Source: a virus. Taken from it: a stretch of 18,863 nucleotides of DNA. Below, piece after piece: positions 9,694 to 16,403 of this stretch. The translations under genes and the position numbers were made by a program. The notes beneath the pieces are model-generated. The model saw nothing but the letters and a program-made list of their open reading frames with translations, searched no databases and was not told where the DNA came from. The stretch lies in UHGV virus genome UHGV-0268673; one strand, given 5' to 3'. The stretch's first letter is position 1; each line of letters begins with the position of its first letter.

Positions 9694-10014
9694 TTATACT
9701 ATTGAGTTAAATGATATCTTGTCCTTAATATCATTAAGTTTGCCATGTATCTTTTTTGCATAAGAATCAGCTTCCTCAATAAACTTCGACTTCTCATTAT
9801 CAGGCATATTTTTGAAGGTATGTGCACATGTATATTGAGAGTAGTAATTGTGAAACTTGTTATACAAATTATTGAGTTCTTGTAAGTCTTTTTTATACTC
9901 AGGAAGGTATATGTTTATTAGCATTTCCATCGTTTGCAACGGATTGACTTTTGATGTGTCAAATTTACTACCAGAGTGGTAACTGGCATTGTTAACAAAA
10001 TTGAGAATAGCCAT
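9694..10014 (-). CDS. Hypothetical protein (106 aa), very AT-rich; last gene of the minus-strand cargo cluster
   Basis: Uninterrupted ORF in a roughly 30% GC stretch (judged by eye). Weak ribosome-binding site, so confidence is only moderate. Same orientation and spacing as the upstream membrane-protein genes. Confidence 0.45.
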   Translation of the reverse strand: MAILNFVNNASYHSGSKFDTSKVNPLQTMEMLINIYLPEYKKDLQELNNLYNKFHNYYSQYTCAHTFKNMPDNEKSKFIEEADSYAKKIHGKLNDIKDKISFNSIV

Positions 10015-10079
10015 TTCGCTTGAAGCTATGGCTTTTTCAGTAAGTATGCAATTTGTGAATAATTGCTCACGTTTATCTC

Positions 10080-10196
10080 TTAATATTTTTCGCGCTCTAA
10101 TTTTATGCTGTTTTTGTATCCTTGCCTTGCACTTATGTAAGTAGAAACTATAGCAATAACTGCACCTATCAATGCTCCTAAGATAGTATTATCCAT
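10080..10196 (-). CDS. Small single-pass membrane peptide (38 aa: MDNTILGALIGAVIAIVSTYISARQGYKNSIKLEREKY), absent from the ORF track
   Basis: Hand translation of the minus strand. ATG at 10196 is preceded by AGGTGG with a 5-nt spacer; TAA stop at 10082-10080. Hydrophobic core GALIGAVIAIV. Sits between the 287-aa membrane-protein gene and the 106-aa gene. Confidence 0.45.
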   Translation of the reverse strand: MDNTILGALIGAVIAIVSTYISARQGYKNSIKLEREKY

Positions 10197-10221
10197 ATAA
10201 GCCACCTAAACTGCGTAAAAA

Positions 10222-11085
10222 TTATTTCCTGCCACTTCTGTAGTATATGTTGCGACCATTTTTGGTCACATTAACAACATGACCCTTTGTTTCTACTTTG
10301 TTATTTGTTGCCTTATATACTTCAAAGTCAAACCATGATATATGACTTATTTCGTCTATAGATACCATAATTTCTAGACCTTGAACTTTCTTTTTGCTTA
10401 TCCCTTTTATCGCAGCACTGCGCTTAATTTGGATTTCACCTGGGTAAGCGTTTGTAAATGTAACAGATAAATTTTCTTTGTTTCTGTACCCTGACATTAA
10501 AGGAACAAAAGATATGTGTTGGTGTGGCCCTTGATTTTCCGTTGGCTCACCAGAACCATTTATTATTCCAACGTATACTTTATTTGATGATAAAGTAATT
10601 AACATTGGTTTCTTAGGATCTGATTCGATTGCATCAAGCAATAGCAAATCTAAAGAACCCTGGGAGTACGTTTTTCGCAATACTCTAGCTTTCATTGCCT
10701 CTGATATTTTGTCATAAATATCACGTTTATAAAAAAAACCTAAAAGAAGATCTTTTAGCCAAACAAAAGATACATAACACAAAGAGAAGCAAATTGATGT
10801 GACTGACAGAAGAAGTAGCCACATGTAAATTCTATCTGTTTCTGGTTTTGACGTTACATTAAAAGTTTCCACCATATCGTGAACTAGGTGAAAATCAGGA
10901 TATTTATATTTTATAAATGCGGCAATTATTACTGAAGCAACAAGGCAATATGTACCTAATGCAGCTACTTTCATATAAAGAAGCTGGCCTTCATGTCGGT
11001 ATAAACGGAAATAATGATACTGGTTAGCGGTTATCATAATATAACCACTAACCAGAATGGGGATAATTAGAAGAGCTAACAACAC
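10222..11085 (-). CDS. Inner-membrane protein with three predicted N-terminal TM helices and a roughly 175-aa soluble C-terminal domain (287 aa); candidate exclusion/defence/conversion effector
   Basis: GTG start at 11085 overlaps the TAG of the upstream 69-aa gene (TAGTG) and has an AAGGAAA Shine-Dalgarno. Hydrophobic stretches at about residues 2-20, 38-60 and 86-110. AT-rich. I recognise no family. Confidence 0.7.
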   Translation of the reverse strand: MLLALLIIPILVSGYIMITANQYHYFRLYRHEGQLLYMKVAALGTYCLVASVIIAAFIKYKYPDFHLVHDMVETFNVTSKPETDRIYMWLLLLSVTSICFSLCYVSFVWLKDLLLGFFYKRDIYDKISEAMKARVLRKTYSQGSLDLLLLDAIESDPKKPMLITLSSNKVYVGIINGSGEPTENQGPHQHISFVPLMSGYRNKENLSVTFTNAYPGEIQIKRSAAIKGISKKKVQGLEIMVSIDEISHISWFDFEVYKATNNKVETKGHVVNVTKNGRNIYYRSGRK

Positions 11086-11294
11086 TATTTCCTTACAGTG
11101 GCAAGATCCTGTTTAACGATTGCAGCAGCGAGACGACGCATCTCCTTAACCTCAGGAAGCTCAGAAATTTGCTGTGATGAGATATACACTCCACCACGCT
11201 TGTTAACCTGCGCTGACGCCGGAACTTCTGCATTTTTTGCCTGAGGGCTGGGTGCATTATCCCTCGTTTTTGTACGAGCGAACCAAAATCCCAT
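11085..11294 (-). CDS. Small basic protein (69 aa), possible regulator; first gene of the operon driven by P1/O1
   Basis: Strong GAGGAGGAG Shine-Dalgarno 4 nt upstream of the ATG at 11294. Promoter-like TTGCAG-17 nt-TACTAT sits upstream with the palindromic operator O1 immediately after the -10. Translationally coupled to the 287-aa membrane-protein gene. Confidence 0.6.
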   Translation of the reverse strand: MGFWFARTKTRDNAPSPQAKNAEVPASAQVNKRGGVYISSQQISELPEVKEMRRLAAAIVKQDLATVRK

Positions 11295-11320
11295 ATCTCC
11301 TCCTCATGTAAACACATGGT

Positions 11321-11335
11321 TTACCTTTAAGGTAA
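11321..11335 (-). promoter_or_regulatory. Operator-like palindrome O1 (TTACCT-TTA-AGGTAA) overlapping the -10/+1 region of the promoter for the 69-aa/membrane-protein operon
   Basis: Perfect 6-bp inverted repeat with 3-bp spacer. On the minus strand the order is -35 TTGCAG, 17-nt spacer, -10 TACTAT, operator. One of three copies of the same palindrome in the island. Confidence 0.5.
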
Positions 11336-11406
11336 TAGTACGCTATTCACCCCCAGTCTGCAATCTGTACAGAATTATTTAAAGGCACGTCCCTGTGCCG
11401 CCGCCG

Positions 11407-12102
11407 TCAGAAGAACCCTGCTTTGTCGTTGATGTACTCCGCGTGCGTCTGGATATCACGCAGGCATTTGCTCACACCGACGATGTAGCAGAACATGGTG
11501 GTCAACTCCGCCGCCGCGCCCGATACGTCATGCCCGTCTTCCTGTAACTGGTTCAGCAGATTCATCAGCAGTGAGTTCTCCGTCAGGCCGAGAACACCAG
11601 ACGGAGAATGAATCAGGCTGCGGTAGCCTGGCTTCAGTGGGGCGCTGTAGGTTTTGTTCTCTATCTTCATCGCCTGCATCACTGCTGATGCTGTGGCGTT
11701 TGCAACCTGGTCGGCAACCATCTTTATGCGTTCTTCCTGCGGGAGCGAGTTTTTAATGTAACTTCCGGTGCGGCGGATCTGAGGAAGAACCTCACCTGTA
11801 ACCCATTTACGAAAGCGGTAGGGGATAGTGCCTGGTGTCACTGCGTCGCGGCAGCGGAGGATCAGTGTGTAGAGGCCTGACTCGGAGATGATGATCGATT
11901 CTTGCTCACCGCCAGGGGTGTCGGTTGAAGCGACGCCCTTCTCATCATCATCAAGTTTTCGAACAGCATCTCGATGGTTTGCTATGCCTATAGCCCGACA
12001 AACATCTGAAGCGATAAACCATGGCTCACCATTAATGACGATTACCCGTATATCGGCTTGGGATTCGAAAGAAAAAATGGACGTGCTTTTTGTAGCTGTC
12101 AT
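11407..12102 (-). CDS. Phage anti-repressor-like protein with an N-terminal Bro-N domain (231 aa)
   Basis: N-terminal region IRVIVINGEPWFIASDVCRAIGI…DEKGV…GGEQESIIISESGLYTLILRCRDA…FRKWVTGEVLPQIRRTGSY matches the Bro-N/AntA-type pattern. AAGGTAA Shine-Dalgarno upstream of the ATG at 12102. C-terminal ~65 aa is paralogous to the 85-aa protein at 12418..12675. Confidence 0.8.
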   Translation of the reverse strand: MTATKSTSIFSFESQADIRVIVINGEPWFIASDVCRAIGIANHRDAVRKLDDDEKGVASTDTPGGEQESIIISESGLYTLILRCRDAVTPGTIPYRFRKWVTGEVLPQIRRTGSYIKNSLPQEERIKMVADQVANATASAVMQAMKIENKTYSAPLKPGYRSLIHSPSGVLGLTENSLLMNLLNQLQEDGHDVSGAAAELTTMFCYIVGVSKCLRDIQTHAEYINDKAGFF

Positions 12103-12259
12103 AGTGGTTACCTTTTAGTCTGGTTAATCACCACTACCGACGCCAATCGGTTGGTGGTGAACTGTGCAGGGTTGGCGTAACCGGCTAAAAGGACCCGGCG
12201 CACCTTTCGGTGCCCCCACACAGCCCACCATAATACGAATGTGGCCGTGCTATACGCAT

Positions 12260-12279
12260 AAAAAAACCGCTTGCGCGGT
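12260..12279 (-). terminator. Rho-independent terminator on the minus strand, between the 85-aa gene and the anti-repressor-like gene
   Basis: Minus-strand read: ACCGC-GCAA-GCGGT hairpin (GNRA-like loop) followed by six T (plus-strand A-run 12260-12265). Confidence 0.5.
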
Positions 12280-12371
12280 GAATGCGCCTTTTAGTAATCC
12301 GGGACGCCAATCCCGGCACTGGATTTTGCCAGTGCCCGATTACTATGGCACAAGAGGAGTGCGATGTAAAT

Positions 12372-12386
12372 TTACCTCAAAGGTAA
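12372..12386 (-). promoter_or_regulatory. Operator-like palindrome O2 (TTACCT-CAA-AGGTAA, extended ATTTACCT…AGGTAAAT) with associated promoter-like elements
   Basis: Minus strand shows -35 TTGCAA (plus 12409-12414), 16-17-nt spacer, -10 TTATAT/TATATT, then the operator at the putative +1. Same architecture as P1/O1. Confidence 0.5.
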
Positions 12387-12417
12387 ATATAAGCACTCCA
12401 CTTGGTAATTGCAAACC

Positions 12418-12675
12418 TTATCTGGTTTGTTTTCGTAATTGTTCGGCACAATAGTCGAGATGTGTTTGCAGATCCTGCATAGACATCTGTGAGCTGGTGA
12501 CGTAGTTAATCAGTGCAGTCAGTTCGGCAAGTGGGCCATCGACATTAAATCCATCCTTATCGAGATCCCGGAGTAATTTCATCAAGTGCGATCCCTCCAC
12601 CAGTGACCTGACGCCTCCCGGCGTGTGAATCCTTTCGGTAAATCCGTCTTCCAGTGGATAGTGATACTGCTGCAT
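12418..12675 (-). CDS. Small protein (85 aa from the ATG at 12675) homologous to the C-terminal domain of the adjacent Bro-N anti-repressor-like protein; candidate SOS-inducible anti-repressor-type regulator
   Basis: The ORF track starts at TTG 12693; the ATG at 12675 has a GGAGA Shine-Dalgarno 7 nt upstream. Roughly 40-45% identity by eye over about 64 aa to residues ~165-228 of the 231-aa protein (e.g. LMKLLRDLDKDGFNVDGPLAELTAL vs LMNLLNQLQEDGHDVSGAAAELTTM). LexA box and O3 lie upstream. Confidence 0.65.
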   Translation of the reverse strand: MQQYHYPLEDGFTERIHTPGGVRSLVEGSHLMKLLRDLDKDGFNVDGPLAELTALINYVTSSQMSMQDLQTHLDYCAEQLRKQTR

Positions 12676-12694
12676 CTTATCTTCTCCATGCAAT

Positions 12695-12714
12695 AACTGT
12701 ATATTTATACAGTA
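12695..12714. promoter_or_regulatory. LexA (SOS) box: AACTGTATATTTATACAGTA
   Basis: CTGT-N8-ACAG with an AT-rich spacer, about 18/20 match to the E. coli LexA consensus TACTGTATATATATACAGTA. Lies between the promoter region and the ribosome-binding site of the 85-aa gene and overlaps a TATAAAT -10-like element on the minus strand. Confidence 0.6.
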
Positions 12715-12751
12715 TCAAATAATTTGTTTGCTATCCAGCACGTTTTGCAAA

Positions 12752-12766
12752 TTACCTGAAAGGTAA
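12752..12766. promoter_or_regulatory. Operator-like palindrome O3 (TTACCT-GAA-AGGTAA, extended ATTACCT…AGGTAAT), flanked by the self-complementary TTGCAA hexamer
   Basis: Third copy of the palindrome, in the divergent intergenic region between the 85-aa gene (minus) and the tailspike gene (plus). Could serve a promoter in either direction. An extra AGGTAAT half-site lies at 12811-12817. Confidence 0.5.
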
Positions 12767-12870
12767 TATCTATTCGTATTTACAGCCTTTCTATCCATAT
12801 GTGGTTTTTCAGGTAATAAAATAACCAGATATGCGGCGCAACGGGTGCTGCGACTATCTGGAGATTTAAC

Positions 12871-15447
12871 ATGACGGTCTCAACCGAAGTTGACCACAAC
12901 GAATACACTGGTAACGGCGTTACGACATCATTTCCGTATACCTTCCGTATTTTCAAAAAATCCGACCTGGTTGTTCAGGTGTCTGACCTTAACGGTAACG
13001 TAACAGAACTAGTACTGGATACCGGTTATACGGTAACTGGGGCGGGCACTTATAGTGGCGGTTCTGTTGTTCTTCCGTCGCCGCTTGCTGCTGGATGGCG
13101 AATTACGATAGATCGTGTGCTTGATGTAGTGCAGGAGACAGACCTTCGCAATCAGGGAAAATTTTTCCCCGAAGTGCATGAAGATGCCTTTGACTACCTG
13201 ACGATGCTGATCCAGCAATGTTTTGGGTGGTTCAGACGTGCATTGATGAAACCATCTTTGCTTGCAAAATATTACGATGCAAAGCAAAACAGAATTTCTA
13301 ACCTTGCAGATCCATCATTTGAGCAGGACGCTGTAAATAATCGCTCAATGCGTAATTATGTTGATGCTGCAATCGCCGGGGTTGTTGGTGGTTTTGGTTG
13401 GTTTATTCAGTATGGTTCTGGAGCAGTATACCGAACGTTCCAGGATAAGATGAGAGATATCGTCAGTGTTAGCGATTTTGGTGCAAAGGGAGATGGAATA
13501 ACTGATTCTACGGAGGCGTTCTCTAATGCAGGCCACAGAGCGTTTGTTCCTAATGGCGATTTTGCAGTAAATACTCTCGAAGTTGATGTATCTTCTGTTC
13601 AAGGTATTGGGAGGATTGTTGCTGATAATGGATCTCTTATTTCAGTTTCTCGTCTACTTGAAACTGACAAACTTGTGCAGAGAAAAATGATGGAACCTTT
13701 TTTTGGTTTTCAGGGAGAAACAAACACAGAAATTTATCCTAATGCCAGAAATGCGTTACAGGGGATCGCATATTGCCGTGTTAATGGCATTGAAAAACTA
13801 TTTGTCACACAACGGCCTGTTGGGCCAACCTGGTCAGATAAAGAAAGAGTTCGTATTGTTGAGTTTAATCTTTATGATGATGGAAGGGTAGTAAACCATG
13901 TTGCGTATTCTCCAGAATTAAACCTTGGGCACGGATTTGATCTTTCTGCCATGGTGGAGAATGGTCAAGTATATTTATATACATCAAGTGTAACCAATTC
14001 AGGTGAAGATGGGGAGTCTGCAGGCAAAGGGTTTAGTAAAATAACTTGGCGAGGGGCAGGAACAACTCAGTCTGACGTAAAAAGTTATAATGTATGGGGG
14101 ATTACTGGTAGCGGTCACCCATTTCAAGATTACAATCGTGCAGGAATTGCCATTTCTTCTGACGGTCGTCTTTTAATAATGGTTAATACACCAAAGAGTG
14201 ATGCCGCTAAACGAACTGTATTTATATACGATAAAATATCAATTGATAAACTTGAAGATAAAACATTAGCAAACCCCATGTTTGTTTGGGAAATGAGCGA
14301 CTCACCTTCTGAAGGCGCTTACTCTGTACAAGGTATTGCGTCTGATGGAAGATATATACATATACTTAAGGGAGGGACTAACGCTTTTGGAAAGCATCAT
14401 ATCTTTACATATGATTTAACAGGTAATTTACTAAGAAAATTAGATATCGATGATGCAAGGTCGCAATATGGGCGCGATGGGTTGCTTAACCATCCAACTC
14501 TTGGGAATCCAGCCAGATTTGAGCCGGAAGGTCTAACTATTCGTGGTGAAGAAATAATTATAAGCTGCATAGAAACATGGAGGGCAGGAGCTAATATTGT
14601 AAACTGGCGTGGAAGAAGATGGGCTGCATCATCCATTGAGACTTCTGGAATAATTGGTGTCCCTCCATCAAATGGCTCTTATTGGGTAGAAACAACCAAG
14701 GATGCAAATTCTGGAGATTGGAGTCCTGAAACAGATTATGGATGGGGAAGTAGCTATTCTCTTGAGAAAAAGACAATTTACTCTATACGACCAGCGACTG
14801 GTAACAACGATGAGCAGAACCTTAATTCTGGCATAACCAATGCTTCAAGTAATGCAGGTGCAGATGCCGGAGAAAGCGGGCGAAATATATCATTTAGATG
14901 GCGCAATGCTTTTAATATTGTTGCATTTAGCGAACGTCTTGGTGAGTACTTCAAAGCTATTATGTATGATAATAGCTCAAGATTAAGAATATACGATCAG
15001 CAAAACGGTAGTGATAACACTGTTTATGGCTCAATCCAGGCACTATTTACGTCATCATTTAAGGGATTGATTTTAAGGGGTAGGGGGGTATCAGCATCAA
15101 ATAGTTCCTATATTAGGTTACATTCATCTGATGATCCAAACTACCCAAATTCGATCATTGAAGGAACAAGAACAGATGGAAGTTTTTCCAGGGAAACAGA
15201 TTCAAACGGAACCACTACATTTGCATCGGACTCAGAGCACGAACCGTTGCGTATCAGAAGGGCTTCAGATGGTTTGTTGTTTGCATACGAGAAAGTAAGA
15301 GGTACAACTCTCTTTGGAATTTATAGAGGCTCCGGTTCACCTGAGGGTGTTGTGACCGCACCTCAGGGGTCAATGTACATTGATTATAATGGTGATTGGT
15401 ATCAAAAGAAAACAGGAACAGGAAATACAGGATGGGTGTTAAAATAG
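12871..15447 (+). CDS. Tailspike/tail fibre protein (858 aa) with T7 gp17-like N-terminal virion-attachment domain and a large C-terminal receptor-binding/enzymatic region
   Basis: GGAG Shine-Dalgarno 7 nt upstream. The N-terminal ~120 aa (…YTGNGVTTSFPYTFRIFKKSDLVVQV…ITIDRVLDVVQETDLRNQGKFFPEVHEDAFDYLTMLIQQ) follows the conserved pattern of the T7 tail-fibre N-terminal domain. Long Gly/Ser/Thr/Asn-rich remainder is typical of tailspikes. Confidence 0.85.
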   Translation: MTVSTEVDHNEYTGNGVTTSFPYTFRIFKKSDLVVQVSDLNGNVTELVLDTGYTVTGAGTYSGGSVVLPSPLAAGWRITIDRVLDVVQETDLRNQGKFFPEVHEDAFDYLTMLIQQCFGWFRRALMKPSLLAKYYDAKQNRISNLADPSFEQDAVNNRSMRNYVDAAIAGVVGGFGWFIQYGSGAVYRTFQDKMRDIVSVSDFGAKGDGITDSTEAFSNAGHRAFVPNGDFAVNTLEVDVSSVQGIGRIVADNGSLISVSRLLETDKLVQRKMMEPFFGFQGETNTEIYPNARNALQGIAYCRVNGIEKLFVTQRPVGPTWSDKERVRIVEFNLYDDGRVVNHVAYSPELNLGHGFDLSAMVENGQVYLYTSSVTNSGEDGESAGKGFSKITWRGAGTTQSDVKSYNVWGITGSGHPFQDYNRAGIAISSDGRLLIMVNTPKSDAAKRTVFIYDKISIDKLEDKTLANPMFVWEMSDSPSEGAYSVQGIASDGRYIHILKGGTNAFGKHHIFTYDLTGNLLRKLDIDDARSQYGRDGLLNHPTLGNPARFEPEGLTIRGEEIIISCIETWRAGANIVNWRGRRWAASSIETSGIIGVPPSNGSYWVETTKDANSGDWSPETDYGWGSSYSLEKKTIYSIRPATGNNDEQNLNSGITNASSNAGADAGESGRNISFRWRNAFNIVAFSERLGEYFKAIMYDNSSRLRIYDQQNGSDNTVYGSIQALFTSSFKGLILRGRGVSASNSSYIRLHSSDDPNYPNSIIEGTRTDGSFSRETDSNGTTTFASDSEHEPLRIRRASDGLLFAYEKVRGTTLFGIYRGSGSPEGVVTAPQGSMYIDYNGDWYQKKTGTGNTGWVLK

Positions 15448-15526
15448 ACTATTCTATTTTAATTTTTCCCATTAATTAATGATGGGAATCCCAAAAATTG
15501 ATAATACATCATCTATTTATAACTCA

Positions 15527-15552
15527 GCCACCTCATAGTGAGGTGGTCTTTT
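15527..15552 (+). terminator. Rho-independent terminator downstream of the tailspike gene (a second weaker hairpin follows at about 15569-15589)
   Basis: Stem CCACCTCA / TGAGGTGG with TAG loop followed by TCTTTT. Second hairpin CCACC-TTG-GGTGG followed by GCTTTT. Confidence 0.6.
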
Positions 15553-15703
15553 ACTGTTATCCCTAAATCACCACCTTGGGTGGGCTTTTACCAATACCAA
15601 TGACAGTATTTTTGCTGTAAGAAAGTAACAATAAACCATAAATGGTTTATTATGCTTTGTGACTTACCATTTAGGATGTTGATGCATATAAACGGTGGAA
15701 AAC

Positions 15704-16105
15704 ATGTCAGCTCAACTAACCAGTGAAACTTTAAATCAGTGGCTTAGCATGAGTTCTCTGGCGGCGGTGATAGCAGGAGTTCCTCCTGAGGTTGCTTTGG
15801 GGGCTTTGGCTGGAGCGATAATTTTTGTTACCTCTGCGGTAGAGTATCCCATTCGTCGTCGTGTACTCTTGTCGATGCTTAGCTTTCTCTGCGGCCTTCT
15901 TTTTTATAAACCAGCAGCATCAATTCTTATCGGCATAGCCAGCCTGATCCCTACTATCACGCAGGACTCTTTTGAAAAAGGGATGGTTTTCTCTGCTGGT
16001 GCATTCGTGTCAGCAATCGTCGCAGTTCGAATTGGCATCTGGCTCTATCACCGTTCCGATAATCCACGCGAGTTAATTCCGGGGAGAAAAGGCGATGGTA
16101 ACTAA
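15704..16105 (+). CDS. Holin-like membrane protein (133 aa from the ATG at 15704), first gene of the lysis cassette
   Basis: Several hydrophobic TM segments with a charged C-terminus. GGTGGA Shine-Dalgarno upstream of the ATG at 15704 (the ORF track starts at GTG 15695). Immediately upstream of a second holin-like gene and the endolysin. Confidence 0.6.
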   Translation: MSAQLTSETLNQWLSMSSLAAVIAGVPPEVALGALAGAIIFVTSAVEYPIRRRVLLSMLSFLCGLLFYKPAASILIGIASLIPTITQDSFEKGMVFSAGAFVSAIVAVRIGIWLYHRSDNPRELIPGRKGDGN

Positions 16106-16403
16106 TGAGCTTGTTTTGCTTATCACCAATGCACTTATTTGTACTGGCATAGCAATTCGTGTTGTCACATTCCGGCGTAACGGTTCACAACATCGAAGAT
16201 GGGGAGGGTGGCTTGCTTATTTCCTTATTGTTGCTGCGGCCAGTATTCCTGTTCGTGTCGTCTATGCAATCTGGTTACGCACGCCAATGGCTGTGGATTT
16301 ATCTGAGGTCATTATCAACGCTGTCATGCTTGCTGCGGTTCTTAAAACTCGCGGTAACGTTGTTCAGATTTTCAAAATAACGAGGTCTAAACATGGAGAT
16401 TAA
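16095..16403 (+). CDS. Holin/antiholin-like small membrane protein (102 aa)
   Basis: Two to three predicted TM helices and a basic C-terminal tail. Overlaps the upstream stop and the downstream endolysin start, as is typical of lysis cassettes. Confidence 0.6.
   Translation: MVTNELVLLITNALICTGIAIRVVTFRRNGSQHRRWGGWLAYFLIVAAASIPVRVVYAIWLRTPMAVDLSEVIINAVMLAAVLKTRGNVVQIFKITRSKHGD

Noticed and set aside
11093-11317. Alternative 74-aa minus-strand ORF overlapping the 69-aa gene in another frame
   Set aside because: No ribosome-binding site, whereas the 69-aa frame has a strong GAGGAGGAG Shine-Dalgarno and is coupled to the downstream gene; its start would fall inside operator O1.
11340-11370. Possible LexA box upstream of the 69-aa gene (CTGCAATCTGTACAG)
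   Set aside because: The spacing is CTGC-N7-ACAG and the half-sites deviate from the CTGT-N8-ACAG consensus; more likely part of the -35 region.
12293-12344. Possible tRNA in the structured 52-nt element
   Set aside because: Too short for a tRNA (about 76 nt needed); no D/anticodon/T-arm arrangement or CCA-compatible acceptor end, so it is not a tRNA.
12164-12454. + strand 96-aa ORF in the gap between the 85-aa gene and the anti-repressor gene
   Set aside because: No ribosome-binding site, composition unlike a protein, and it spans the terminator, structured element and operator O2; better explained as regulatory or structured RNA sequence.
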